Of a DNA stretch of 64,000 bases, positions 1 to 11,879 are shown one piece after another. The DNA is taken from the NCBI RefSeq assembly GCF_030028105.1, contig NC_092377.1, forward strand, positions 103,965,177 through 104,029,176, given 5' to 3'. A program made the translations under genes and the position numbers. A model generated the notes under the pieces. It saw nothing but the letters and a program-made list of their open reading frames with translations. It made no database searches and was not told the origin of the DNA. This DNA is from Mobula birostris (taxonomy: Eukaryota). The first letter of the stretch is position 1, and every line of letters begins with the position of its first letter.

Positions 1-1620
1 GAGGAGGTGCTTGCTGTCTTGAGGAAAATTAAAGTGGATAAATCCCCGGGACCTGACAGAGCGTTCCCTCGGACCTTGAAGGAGACTAGTGTTGAAATTG
101 CGGGGGCCCTAGCAGAAATATTTAAAATGTCGCTGTCTACGGGTGAAGTGCCGGAGGATTGGAGAGTGGCTCATGTTGTTCTGTTGTTTAAAAAAGGATC
201 GAAAAGTAATCCGGGAAATTATAGGCCGGTGAGTTTAACGTCAGTAGTAGGTAAGTTATTGGAGGGAGTACTAAGAGACAGAATCTACAAGCATTTGGAT
301 AGACAGGGACTTATTAGGGAGAGTCAACATGGCTTCATGCGTGGTAGGTCATGTTTGACCAATCTGTTGGAGTTTTTCGAGGAGGTTACCAGGAAAGTGG
401 ATGAAGGGAAGGTAGTGGATATTGTCTACATGGACTTCAGTAAGGCCTTTGACAAGGTCCCGCATGGGAGGTTAGTTAGGAAAATTCAGTCGCTAGGTAT
501 ACATGGAGAGGTGGTAAATTGGATTAGACATTGGCTCGATGGAAGAAGCCAGAGAGTGGTGGTAGAGAATTGCTTCTCTGAGTGGAGGCCTGTGACTAGT
601 GGTGTGCCACAGGGATCAGTGCTGGGTCCATTGTTATTTGTCATCTATATCAATGATCTGGATGATAATGTGGTAAATTGGATCAGCAAGTTTGCTGATG
701 ATACAAAGATTGGAGGTGTAGTAGACAGTGAGGAAGGTTTTCAGAGCCTGCTGAGGGACTTGGACCATCTGGAAAAATGGGCTGAAAAATGGCAGATGGA
801 GTTTAATACTGACAAGTGTGAGGTATTGCACGTTGGAAGGACAAACCAACGTAGAACATACAGGGTTAATGATAAGGCACTGAGGAGTGCAGTGGAACAG
901 AGGGATCTGGGAATACAGATACAAAATTCCCTAAAAGTGTCGTCACAGGTAGATAGGGTCGTAAAGAGAGCTTTTGGTACATTGGCCTTTATTAATCAAA
1001 GTATTGAGTCTAAGAGCTGGAATGTTATGATGAGGTTGTATAAGGCATTGGTGAGGTCGAATCTGGATTATTGTGTTCAGCTTTGGTCACCAAATTACAG
1101 GAAGGATATAAATAAGGTTGAAAGAGTGCAGAGAAGGTTTACAAGGATGTTGCCGGAACTTGAGAAACTCAGTTACAGAGAAAGGTTGCATAGGTTAGGA
1201 CTTTATTCCCTGGAGCGTAGAAGAATGAGGGGAGATTTGATAGAGCTATATACAATTATGATGGGTATAGATAGAGTGAATGCAAGCAGGCTTTTTCCAC
1301 TGAGGCAAGGGGAGAAAAAAACCAGAGGACATGGGTTAAGGGTGAGGGGGGAAAAGTTTAAAGGGAACATTAGGGGGGGCTTCTTCACACAGAGAGTGGT
1401 GGGAGTATGGAATGAGCTGCCAGACGAGGTGGTAAATGCGGGTTCTTTTTTAACATTTAAGAATAAATTGGACAGATACATGGATGGGAGGTGTACGGAG
1501 GGATATGGTCCGTGTGCAGGTCAGTGGGACTAGGCAGAAAATGGTTCGGCACAGCCAAGAAGGGCCAAAGAGCCTGTTTCTGTGCTGTAGTTTCTATGGT
1601 TCTATGGTTCTATGGTTTTA
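1..1620 (+). mobile_element. CR1-type LINE, 3' part (RT ORF2, 3'UTR, (TTCTATGG)n tail)
   Basis: Open ORF 7-1533 with [37 protein letters not shown] and CR1 C-terminal RGH...FF..RVV..WN.LP motifs; octamer microsatellite tail ~1592-1620. Confidence 0.95.
7..1533 (+). CDS. CR1 ORF2 reverse transcriptase (5'-truncated by window edge, uninterrupted)
   Basis: 508 aa without stop, intact FADD motif. Confidence 0.85.
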   Translation: MLAVLRKIKVDKSPGPDRAFPRTLKETSVEIAGALAEIFKMSLSTGEVPEDWRVAHVVLLFKKGSKSNPGNYRPVSLTSVVGKLLEGVLRDRIYKHLDRQGLIRESQHGFMRGRSCLTNLLEFFEEVTRKVDEGKVVDIVYMDFSKAFDKVPHGRLVRKIQSLGIHGEVVNWIRHWLDGRSQRVVVENCFSEWRPVTSGVPQGSVLGPLLFVIYINDLDDNVVNWISKFADDTKIGGVVDSEEGFQSLLRDLDHLEKWAEKWQMEFNTDKCEVLHVGRTNQRRTYRVNDKALRSAVEQRDLGIQIQNSLKVSSQVDRVVKRAFGTLAFINQSIESKSWNVMMRLYKALVRSNLDYCVQLWSPNYRKDINKVERVQRRFTRMLPELEKLSYRERLHRLGLYSLERRRMRGDLIELYTIMMGIDRVNASRLFPLRQGEKKTRGHGLRVRGEKFKGNIRGGFFTQRVVGVWNELPDEVVNAGSFLTFKNKLDRYMDGRCTEGYGPCAGQWD

Positions 1621-4600
1621 TGAATGTGTGGCTAAGTAACTGGGGCAGGGGGCAGGGTTTCAAATTCTTGAATCATTGGGATCTATTTTGGGGAAGGTAT
1701 GACTTGTACAAAAAAGATGGATTACACCTGAACTCAAAAGGTACTAATATCCTAGCGGGATTGTTTAATATAGCTGTTAGGGAGGGTTTTAACTAAGTTG
1801 GCAAGGGGAAGGAAACCAAAGTGTTAGGATCGAGGAAGAGGAAAATAGAAATAAGTCAAAAATACTGTGCAGCAAAGATGGTAAGAAGGACAGGCCAGTG
1901 AATATACAGGATAATTTGCTGCAAAATAGAAATATAGCACAAGTGGCAACAGGTACCGATCTAAATGTACTGTACTTAAATGCACGCAGCATTAGAAATA
2001 AAGTGGATGACCTTGCTGCACAGCTGCAGGTTAAAAGATATGACATTGTGGCCATCACCGAGTCATGGCTAAATGGTGGATGTGATTGGGAGCTGAATAT
2101 CCCAGGATACACAGTGTATAGGAAAGATAGGAAGGTAGGTAAAGGGGGTGGCGTGGCCCTGATGGTAAGTAACGATATCAAATCAATAGAAAGAAGGGAC
2201 ATAGGATCAGAAGAGGTAGAATCCTTATGGGTAGAATTAAGAAATGGCAAGGGTAAAAAGACACTAATAGCAGTCATATACAGGCCTCCAAACAGCAGCC
2301 GGGATGTGGACTACAAGTTGCAGCTGGAAATAGAAAAAGCGTGTCAGAAGGAAAATGTCAAGATAATTATGGGGGATTTTAATATGAAAGTGGATTGGGA
2401 AAGTCGGGAAGGTAATGGATCTCAGGAGAGGGAGTTTGTAGAATGCCTACAGGATGGCTTTTTGGAGCAGCTTGTCCAGAAGCCCACCAGGGGACTGGCT
2501 GTTTTGGATTGGGTGCTGTGTAATGAACCTGAGGCGATTAGGGAGCTGGAGGTAAAGGAACCTCTTGGAAGTAGTGATCATAATATGATTGATTTCAGTT
2601 TCAAATTTGAAAAGGAGAAGCTGGTATCAGGCGTATCAATATTTCAGTGGAACAGGGGAAATTACAGTGGTATGAGAGAGGAACTGGCCCAAGTCAATTG
2701 GAAAAGTAAACTAAATGGAGGGACGACAGAGCAGAATTGGATGAAATTCCTACAAGAAATAAGGAAAATGCAGGAAAAATATATTCCAAGAAGAAAGAAA
2801 GTCATGAATAGAAAAATGGCACAAATGTGGCTAACGAGAGAGGTTAAGGCTAAAATAAAAGCAAAAGAAACGGCGTACAAGGAAGCAAAAATTAGTGGGA
2901 AAGATGAGGACTGGAAGTCCTTTAAAAACTTACAGAAAGAAACTAAGAAAGTCATTAGGAAAGAAAAGATGAATTATGAAAGGAAGTTGGCGATTAACAT
3001 AAAAAAGGATACTAAGAGTTTTTTTAAATATATGAAGAGTAAAAGAGTGACAAGGGTAGATATGGGACCGATTGAAAATGATGCTGGATTAATTATAATG
3101 GATAACAAAGAGATGGCAGAGGAACTGAATGAGTATTTTGCATCAGTCTTCATAGTGGAAGACATGAGCAATATACCTGATAGCCAGAGGTATCAGGGAA
3201 TAGAATTAGGTACAGTCAAGATAACTAGAGAGAAAGTGCTTGGGAAGCTAAGTGGACTAAGAATAGATAAGTCTCCTGGTCCAGATGAGATGCACCCAAG
3301 GGTTCTGAAGGAGGTGGCTTTGGAGATTGAGGAAGCATCGGAAATGATCTTCCAGGAATCAATAGACTCCGGCATGGTTCCAGAGGACTGGAAGGTCGCA
3401 AATGTAGTTCCGCTATTTAAGAAAGGAAGGAGGCAGCAAAAAGAAAATTACAGACCTATTAGTCTGACATCGGTGGTTGGAAAGATATTGGAGTCAATCC
3501 TCAAGGACGAGGTTATGAAATACCTCGAGGTGCATGACAAGATAGGCCGAAGCCAGCATGGTTTCATGAAGGGAAGATCCTGCCTTACCAACTTATTGGA
3601 ATTTTTTAAGGTAATCTCGAATAAGATTGACAAGGGAGAGGCTGTGGATGTTGTGTATTTGGACTTTCAAAAGGCCTTCGATAAGGTGCCGCATATGAGG
3701 CTGCTTAATAAGATGAGAGCCCATGGAATTACAGGAAAGATATTGAAATGGGTGGAGCATTGGCTGATAGGCAGAAAGCAAAGGGTGGGAATAAAGGGAT
3801 CCTATTCTGATTGGTTGCCGGTTACCAGTGGTGTTCCGCAGGGGTCGGTGTTGGGGCCGCTTCTTTTTACGATGTATATAGATGATTTGGATTATGGATT
3901 AAATGGTTTTGTGGCCAAGTTTTCGGATGACACCAAGATAGGTAGAGGAGCAGGAAATGTTAAAGAAACGGAAAGGTTGCAGAGAGTTTAGGAGAGTGGG
4001 CAAAGAAATGGCAGATGAGATACAACGTTGACAAATGTACGGTTGAACATTTCCAAAGAAGAAATAATCAGGCAGATTATTATTTAGATGGTGAGAAAAT
4101 TCAAAAATCGGAAGTGCAAAGGGACTTGGGGGTCCTCGTGCAGGATACCCTAAAGGTTAACCACCAAGTTGGATTGGTGGTAAGGAAAGCGAATGCTATG
4201 TTGGCATTCATTTCAAGAGGAATAGTGTATAAGAGTAAGGAGGTGTTGATGAGGCTCTATGGGGCATTAGTGAGACCTCATTTGGAATACTGTGTGCAGT
4301 TTTGGGCCCCCTATCTTAGAAAGGATATACTGATGTTGGAGAGAGTTCAGAGAAGATTTACGAGGATGATTCCTGGAATGCAGGGGCGAACATATGAGGA
4401 GTGTCTGTCGGCTCTTGGATTGTATTCATTAGAGTCTAGAAGAATGAGAGGGGATCTCATAGAAACGTTTCAAATGTTGAAAGGGTTGGACAGAGTAGAT
4501 GTGGAAAGGTTGTTTCCCTTGGTGGGTGAGTCCAGGACAAGAGGCCATAGTCTTAGAATTAGAGGGTACCCAGTTAAAACAGAGATGAGGAGAAAATTTT

Positions 4601-4825
4601 TTAGCCAGATGGTCGTGGATTTGTGGAATTCGTTGCCACATGTGGCTGTGGAGGCCCAATCATTGAGGGTGTTTAAGGAGGAGATTGACCGGTATCAAGG
4701 GATATGGGGAAAAAGCCGGAAATTGGAACTAGATGGGTGAATAGTTTAGCTCATGGGGGAGCTGCGGAGCAGACTCGATGGGCCGAATGGCCTACTTCTG
4801 CTCCTTTGTCTTGTGATCTTGTGAT
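1621..4825 (+). mobile_element. Second CR1 LINE: ORF1 SGNH-esterase C-terminus, ORF2 (APE endonuclease + RT), (TCTTGTGA)n tail
   Basis: DGLHLN esterase motif ending at 1796; ORF 1898-3991 has YLNARS, ITESWL, YRPP, MGDFN, SDH and RT motifs; frameshift ~3990, continues 4015-4740; tail ~4809-4824. Confidence 0.95.
1898..4740 (+). pseudogene. CR1 ORF2 endonuclease-RT, frameshifted
   Basis: Two ORFs (697 aa + 241 aa) split by a short deletion near 3988; catalytic motif reads FSDD rather than FADD. Confidence 0.85.
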
Positions 4826-4840
4826 ATCTGTAAAATTCTC

Positions 4841-5005
4841 GAGGAACTCAGTGAGTCAGGGAGTAACAATGGATAAGAATAAACTGTCGACGTTTTGGGC
4901 CAAGACATCTCCCCATGCCGAGAGAGTTTATTCTTCTGCTTAGATACTGCCTGCGCAGCTAAGTCCTGCTGCACTTGGTGTATTGTTCCATATTTCCAGT
5001 ATCTG
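4841..5005. repeat. Degenerate Penelope-derived inverted-repeat element
   Basis: gaggaactcag...gtcgacgttttgggccaagac and ...ttccagtatctg resemble the two arms of the 5595-5820 element. Confidence 0.55.
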
Positions 5006-5149
5006 TTGGGCTTTAGTGTATATCTGCATTTGGAATTGGATTGCACTTTGACACACGGAATACCTGTTGCTATTGAATATATTGTTTGTAGGAGTGTGCT
5101 GTGTTAAAGCAGCTGCTGATTCCGCTACCCTTACAGAATGTGTGACTTT

Positions 5150-5500
5150 TAGCGAGAGATCCCCGCACTTAGGAATTCGCCTGCAGTGCCCAGGTGATCA
5201 AATGCGCAGGCGCAATGGTACCAGATGATCCCCGGATATCGCGCATGCGCTCAGCGGACAAAGGGCTCTGGGGACTCGGCCGCAGGTAGGATCGGGGTTC
5301 CGGGCGGGAGTTTCACCGTCACCGGCGTCCGCGCCCCGACTGAGGGACAATTGCTCTGAGCTCCGAATACACCGTGGTCCCGCACTCCGGGATAGTCCCG
5401 ATCTTTCCCATCTCTCTCAGACCCGGGCCCGGGGAGATCTCTGCTGAGGGACTGAGAGCGGACGGGTCTCTCAGACACTGCCGAGCTCCAGCCATCCAAA
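5150..5500 (+). promoter_or_regulatory. CpG-island promoter of the ZNF gene with two NRF1-type sites
   Basis: Locally CpG-rich; TGCGCAGGCGCA 5203-5214 and GCGCATGCGC 5241-5250; splice donor CAG|GTAGGA at 5285/5286. Confidence 0.75.
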
Positions 5501-5594
5501 TCCAGGGATTAGGAACTCTGTGGGGGAAAAAAAACACAGAATCCTTCTATACGCTTTAGTTCTTGAGAAAATCGCCTTTGTTTTACCGTCCACG

Positions 5595-5820
5595 AACAAG
5601 AGAACATCTGCAGATGCTGGGAATCCAAGCAGCACACAGAAAATGCTGGGGGAATTCAGCAACCCAGGCAGCATCAATGGTAAAGAGTACAGTCGACGTT
5701 TCGGGCCGAGACCTTTCATCAGCACTCTTCATGATGAAAGGTTTCGGCCTGAAAAGTCGACCATACTCTTCCAAAGATACAGCCTGGCTGCTGAGTTCTT
5801 CTAGCATTTTGTGTGTGCTT
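5595..5820. mobile_element. Penelope-derived palindromic (MITE-like) element with back-to-back hammerhead motifs
   Basis: Left arm 5630-5726 is the inverted complement of right arm 5727-5820; arms match the 3' end of the Penelope copy at 48310-48400. Confidence 0.8.
5690..5726 (-). ncRNA. Minimal type I hammerhead ribozyme motif (core intact, one stem I mismatch)
   Basis: Minus strand reads AGTG-CTGATGA-AAGGTCTCGGCCC-GAAA-C-GTC-GACTG. Confidence 0.6.
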
Positions 5821-6569
5821 ATCTAGCACTTTCCCATCACTGAAGTGCCACACTCCAATGAGAAAGACTACTGCCCTCTCTTTCATATTCATTGGTATTG
5901 CATTGCTGAATTCACCATTATCAATCACTCTGTGTGGGTGGGGAGGTGTGGGGAGAGGTCACAACTCTTTGTAGCACTTTGGGACGTGCCCAGAACATGA
6001 AATAATAATTAATCCTTTTTAAAAAACTGTTGTATAGTCTGCACGGAAAATTTGTACACAGCCTGAAAACTGTGCATCACTTAAAATTAATATTATATAG
6101 CAGCAAAGCCTTTCTGTGTGAGAGCATGTCAGTTACTGTCTGGTCCCACAGCTTAGAGGGAGCTGTGAATAATACTAATAGAGAAAATCAAACTGAGCCA
6201 AGTCACAGATTGAAAATGGGTAGAAATGTCCCATTCTTATACAGACAGGAAGGCTGTCAGAGAACTTAATGGTCAGTCCCAATGCCCAGTTAGAAGATGA
6301 CTTTTTTTCCCAATTTAGGTTGAGCTTTGCTGTTGTGATGTCAGAGCTCAGCACAAAGACTAAAATTATCTCAATTGAAATGTTGTCCTTCACCCTTTGA
6401 TGTCTTTCGTAAATCTTTTTACAGGTTGGAACCAGCAAAGAATTTGTGAACAGGAATCCCAAAAATAACAACACGTCACTGTTGCTGTCTCTGTCTAGAT
6501 ATTTCCTTGGTAACACCAATAAGTATAAGAAGTATCTCATCCCAGCTGGTAATGTCCTTTGTGTCTGAG

Positions 6570-6806
6570 ATGACTTCAGCTGCATTGATTGTGCAAGGGA
6601 TTCTCTCTGTCTGACTTCGGACTTGATACATTGCCAGAGAATTCAAAGAGAACTGCGGGAAAGAATTCACACACTCATCCCACCTGCAGAGATATCAGTG
6701 AGTTCACACTGGGGAGAGGCCATTCACCTGCTCAGACTGTGGGGAGGGATTCACTCAGTATGACCTTGTGATATTGTAGTCACATCAATGAGTTCACACT
6801 TGGGAG
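6570..6806 (+). pseudogene. Two to three decayed C2H2 finger repeats upstream of the ZNF ATG
   Basis: Finger-like [35 protein letters not shown]...*SHQ*VHTWE, with stops, runs into the CDS start. Confidence 0.75.
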
Positions 6807-8243
6807 ATGCTGCACACCTGTTCAGATTGCGGGAAGGGATTCTCTCAGTCATCTCAACTGAAGGTACATCAGCAAGTTCACACAGGAGAGAAGCCATTCT
6901 CCTGCTCAGACTGTGGGAAGGGATTCACTCAGTCTGCTGACCTGCTGGCACATCGGTCAGTTCACACAGGGGAGAGACCATTCACCTGCTTAAACTGTGG
7001 GAAGGGATTCACTCACTCATCCAATCTCAAGAGACATCAGCGAATTCACACAGGGGAGAGGCCGTTCACCTGCTCTGTGTGTGGGAAGGGATTCACTCAG
7101 TCATCCAGCCTACAGACACACCAGCGAGTTCACACTGGGGAGAGGCCATTCACCTGCTCAGACTGTGGGAAGGGATTCTCTCAGTCATCTGACCTGAAGG
7201 TACATCAGCGAGTTCACACTGGTGAGAGGCCATTCACCTGTTCTGTGTGTGGGAAGGGATTTACTCGTTCGTCCCACCTACAGATACATCAGTCAGGTCA
7301 CACTAGGGAGAGGCCGTTCACCTGCTCATACTGTGGGAAAGGATTCTCTCAGTCATCTGACCTGAAGGTACATCAGCGAGTTCACACTGGGGAGAAGCCA
7401 TTCACTTGTTCAGACTGTGGGAAGAGATTCAGTCGGTCATCCCACCTGCAGATACACCAGTCTGTTCACACTGGGGAGAGGCCATTCACCTGTTCAGACT
7501 GTGGGAAGGGATTCACTCAATCATCACACCTATTGGCACACCAGTCAGTTCACACTGGGGAGAGGCCATTCACCTGCTCAGACTGTGGGAAGGGATTCAG
7601 TCGGTTATCCCACCTGCAGATACACCAGTCAGTTCACACTGGGGAGAGGCCGTTCATCTGCTTAGACTGTGGGAAGGGATTCACTCAGTCATCACACCTG
7701 CTGGCACACCAGTCAGTTCACACTGGGGAGAGGCCATTCACCTGCTCAGTCTGTGGGAAGGGATTCACTCAATCATCACATCTACTGGCGCACCAGTCAG
7801 TTCACACTGGAGAGAGGCCATTCACTTGCCCAAACTGTGGGAAGGGATTCACTCGGTCATCCAGTCTCAAGACACACCAGTCAATCCACACTGGGGAGAG
7901 GCCTTTTACCTGTTCTGTGTGTGGGAAAGGATTTGCTCGGTCATCTCAACTGGACACACATCAGCGAGTTCACTCGAGGGAGAGGCCATTCAGCTGCTTA
8001 GACTGTGGGAAGGGATTCGCTCAGTCATCTGACCTGAAGGTACATCAGCGAGTTCACACTGGGGAGAGGCCATTCATGTGTTCAGACTGTGGGAAGGAAT
8101 TCGCTCAGTCATCTCAACTGAAGGTCCATCAGCGAGTTCACACTGGGGAGAAGCCATTCACCTGCTTCGATTGCGGGAAGGGATTCACTCAGTTATCTCA
8201 ACTGAAGGTACATCAGCGAGTTCACACTGGCGATAAAGTTTAG
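6807..8243 (+). CDS. Tandem C2H2 zinc-finger protein, 17 fingers, no KRAB/SCAN/BTB domain
   Basis: 478 aa = 17 x 28-aa CxxCGKGF...HxxxH repeats with TGERPF linkers. Confidence 0.93.
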   Translation: MLHTCSDCGKGFSQSSQLKVHQQVHTGEKPFSCSDCGKGFTQSADLLAHRSVHTGERPFTCLNCGKGFTHSSNLKRHQRIHTGERPFTCSVCGKGFTQSSSLQTHQRVHTGERPFTCSDCGKGFSQSSDLKVHQRVHTGERPFTCSVCGKGFTRSSHLQIHQSGHTRERPFTCSYCGKGFSQSSDLKVHQRVHTGEKPFTCSDCGKRFSRSSHLQIHQSVHTGERPFTCSDCGKGFTQSSHLLAHQSVHTGERPFTCSDCGKGFSRLSHLQIHQSVHTGERPFICLDCGKGFTQSSHLLAHQSVHTGERPFTCSVCGKGFTQSSHLLAHQSVHTGERPFTCPNCGKGFTRSSSLKTHQSIHTGERPFTCSVCGKGFARSSQLDTHQRVHSRERPFSCLDCGKGFAQSSDLKVHQRVHTGERPFMCSDCGKEFAQSSQLKVHQRVHTGEKPFTCFDCGKGFTQLSQLKVHQRVHTGDKV

Positions 8244-8329
8244 TTGAGCTGCATGCTCGATATTTAACTGTCACAGTTGCTGAATCCAGATGCAAGTTCT
8301 AAAGTGACTTACTCATTTATTTTTTTGAG

Positions 8330-8601
8330 ATACAGTGAGGAACATGCCTTTCCGGCCCTTCGAGCCACACTGTTGAGCAATCCCCTGATTTAACTCTAGC
8401 CTAATCATGGGACAATTTACAACGACCCATTAACCTACCAACCGTTACATCTTTGAACTGTGGGAGGAAACCAGAGCACCTGTAGGAAATCCAGGTGGCT
8501 GACAGCGAGAATGTACAAAACTCCTTACTGTCAGTGGTGGGAATTGAACCCAGGTCGCCTGCACTGTAAAGTGTTGTGCTAACCACTATGCTACCATGCT
8601 G
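8330..8601 (-). mobile_element. tRNA-derived SINE (HE1/V-SINE type) in the ZNF 3'UTR
   Basis: Minus strand starts gcatggtagcatagtggttagc (A box)...gggttcaattccc (B box); V-domain-like gtgctctggtttcctcccaca; CR1-like 3' tail. Confidence 0.8.
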
Positions 8602-8716
8602 AATTCTGCAATTATCGCTGCTGTTCATCACACCCTGGTCATTGGGCATGGGAGGAGTTTCTGCTGCTGATATTCATATTAATGGGACCGGAGCTTAATA
8701 TTCTGGATTTGTGACA

Positions 8717-8722
8717 AATAAA
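8717..8722 (+). terminator. Candidate polyadenylation signal of the ZNF gene
   Basis: AATAAA ~470 bp after the stop, followed by T-rich sequence. Confidence 0.5.
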
Positions 8723-10075
8723 TCAGTTCTATTTTAAACTCTCTTGGGTATTGAGTGAATCTACAACACATCCACTGTACAGAAGGGAGTCAACTCAGCC
8801 CAGCTGGCCCTTGCTGGTGTTTCTAAACTATGACAGACTTTTAAAATCCATCCCTGCTGTTCACCTCTCACTCTCCCTATGATGATGGGTTCAAAACAGG
8901 CACTATTCTGTGGTGAAGAGTTCTCCCTTGAATTACCTTTATGACTGCAGACTGAAGAAAAAGATGAGCTGACTGCAGTTATGTCTGACATGTTCTCGTA
9001 CATAAAATCTCCGGGCCAAGTAAGAATGACATTGATATTTAACCTCCGTATTCCCTGCCCATTTGAACATTTTGTGTAATTTTCACTGTTTCTATAAATG
9101 GCTGGTTATTATGGATTGTCCTATCTGTAATAATGGATCAGTCATAACATAATTTGTAGACTTCTGACTCTAAAACTGGATCAGGTTTGTATTTATAGTA
9201 AGGTATGAAGTCTTTTATGAGTTTTGTATTTTGGTGAATGATATTTGCCACTTGATTGTGCTTGTGTCAGAAATCAGATTGAGTGAAATTGCTGCAGGAT
9301 CCTGTAATGTGTTAGATTTTTTTCTGGTTTCTCTTTGTTGGTCTTTAATTATGTATTTCTGATAATATTTTTATGTTAACTACCTGTTCCTGTATCTCCA
9401 CAAGGAACTCCTCTGGTTCTGGGAAGAGGTCTTCCACTTTGAGCCAGACATTCGACACTTCCTTGTTAACCTCTGGTCTGCTCAGATCGTGGGGATGTCT
9501 TCCACAGAGGATCATGGCCTTCCATTGATTAACTTTTTCTTCTATAGTGATAATTTATTCAAAGTTCAAAGTTCTGTTAACACGGGTCACCTCATAGAAA
9601 CAATAACCATTTGTGCGTGGAGAGAATCTATTTACTGATAAGTAGGTTTATTGGCTCAGCTAACATGTGAATCGTCAAATAGAAAAGGTAATACCCGGGA
9701 AAGGCTTTCCTCTTTGGCCAAGCTTTCCTCTTTGTCCCAATCCAGTCTTCACATGTCCTACTTGGGGTTGCTCATAAACATACCTATGATGGTTATTAAC
9801 CAGAGTTATTGCTGTCTCGCATTCAAAGCCGCTCATTTTTATGCACTTACCTTACCAGTTCTAATTTTGCAATTCCAATCTTGTTGGCTTTAGAGAATCT
9901 TACTGGCTTGTGTCATCTTCTTATTGGCTCCGATCCAAGCCAGCATGCAGCTTTTGCCCACTTCTGCAAGTGAAAAGTGGTAACTTTTGTCTCTTTGCCC
10001 TCATACAGTTACCAAACTAGTAACCAGCTTGAATCACTCAGTACTGACACAGACCTCTCCCCCCATTCATACTCC

Positions 10076-10550
10076 TGAGAGCCAGTTTGTTCGAGGTGTT
10101 CTTTGAGGGGCATTCGGAGTGTGGCGGGTGCTTTCATGCAGACCATGGGTCCATTGCATGAGTAAAGAGATACATTCCTGACTACTACGGTATGAGCTCC
10201 AATGTTATGTGCACATCGGACTGGGCCCTTTTATTTTTATTTTCCTGTAGCTGTTTGTTAAAGTTGAAAATTTGGTAAATATACTTTATTTATAATTTTA
10301 TGCTGGTGTACGATCAGTCATTTCTGGGCTACTGATAACTGTGTATGGGCAGTATTTACGCAGCATTTGCTGTTTAAATTGAGGCCCCTTTAATTGGAAC
10401 ATCCTGATGTTTCTGTTTGGTTGAACCCCAAATCATACAGACCCCAGATGTGTGTTTATGAAAGGTGGCTTTCTCAATGCTGAGTCGCGTGGCAGTTAGC
10501 AGTCAGCTAACGAGCCAGATCTGTACGTGAGCCCCAGTGAGAGGATTACA
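10076..10550 (+). mobile_element. Probable LTR remnant
   Basis: LTR-like composition ending ...gagaggattaca; no TSD identified. Confidence 0.35.
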
Positions 10551-10789
10551 TAACACTAATCCTACCCCCTTTGTGTTATGCTGGGTCTCACTACATTTGA
10601 GCTCTGGTGTAGTTTCAGCTACTTGAGGTTGTGGTCAGTTTTCTAGTAGTTTTGGAAACTCTGAAAGGGCCAAGGCTCTGACAGAAACTCTTCCCCTTGT
10701 CTCTTAGTTCCCTTTCCATTCTCCTCTCCCGATGTACTAGATCCTCCTGTGCACAGTTTATAATCATGGAAACAACCTTTGAGAAATGT

Positions 10790-11876
10790 GCAGTGTGGTC
10801 AACCCAATTTTTTTTGACACTGATCAACAGAAAAAGACTCTCTTGACTCAAAGTGAAAACAGATCTCTGCAAAGTGATCTAAATCAATTACAAATACTGT
10901 ATAAAACACAAAATAGTTGATTGCATGAGTATTCACCCTCTTTAATATGACACACCTATTCATCACTGGTGCAGCCAATTGGTTTTAGAAGTCACATAAT
11001 TAGTTAAATGGAGATCTGTTCTTGGAGACCTGTGTGCAGTCAGGGTGTTTCAATTGATTGTAGTAAAAATACACCTGTATCTGACAGGTCTAACTGCTGG
11101 TGAGTCAGTATCCTGGCAAAAACTACACCATGAAGACAAAAGAACACCCCAAACAACTCCACGGTTATTGAAAAACACATGTTGGGAGATGGATAAATAA
11201 CATTTTTAAGCCATGGAATATCCCTTGGAGTACAATAAAGGCAGTCATCAAGGAATGGAAAGAATATGGCACAGCTGTAAATCTGCCTAGAGCAGGCCAT
11301 CCTCAAAAACTGAGTGACCATGCAAGAAGGGGTCTTGTGAGGGAGGCTACCAAGAGACCTATGACAACTCTAGAGGAGTTACAAGCTTGAGTAGCTGAGA
11401 TGGGAGAGACTGCACATACAACAACTGTTACCCATTTGCTTCACCTGTTGTGGCTTCATGAGACAGTGGCAAAGAGAAAGCCACTTCTGATAAAAAAAAA
11501 ACTCACATGAAATCTCAGCTAGAGTTTGCCAGAAGGCATGTGGGAGACTGAGGTCAGCTGGAAGAAGGTTCTATGGTCTGAAACTAAAATTGAGTTTTCT
11601 GGCCATTAGACTAAATGCTATGTTTGTTGTAAGCCAAACACTGCACATCATAATCAAAAACACATCATTTCTACTGTGAAGCTTGGTGGTAGCTTCATCA
11701 TGCTGTGAGGGTGCTTCACTGCAACAGGCCCTGGAAGGCTTGTGAAGGTAGATGGTAAAATGAATTCAGCAAAGAACAGGGAAATCCCGGAGGAAAACCT
11801 GATGCAGTCTGCAAGAGAACTGTGACTTGGGAGATTTGTTTTCCAGCAAGACAATGACCCCAAACATAAAGCCAAG
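10790..11876 (+). mobile_element. Tc1/mariner relic (left end + disrupted transposase)
   Basis: tgcatgagtattcaccc inner repeat; ATG AAG ACA AAA GAA CAC at 11130; WKKVLWS, TVKLGGSFIML.GCF and FQQDNDPKH motifs; truncated before the catalytic E. Confidence 0.85.
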
Positions 11877-11879
11877 TAG

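Larger units (their letters stand above)
5286..6424 (+). other. Probable intron 1 of the ZNF gene
   Basis: GT donor at 5286; pyrimidine tract and acceptor tctttcgtaaatctttttacag ending at 6424. Confidence 0.6.

Noticed and set aside
5215-5285. ATG in the CpG island as a coding first exon
   Set aside because: Spliced to 6425 it terminates after ~8 more codons, and it overlaps the NRF1 sites
6997-8032. Alternative-frame ORFs within the ZNF
   Set aside because: By-products of the 84-bp finger repeat
9370-10050. Possible LTR/ERV-derived segment
   Set aside because: No terminal dinucleotides, TSD or second copy to support boundaries
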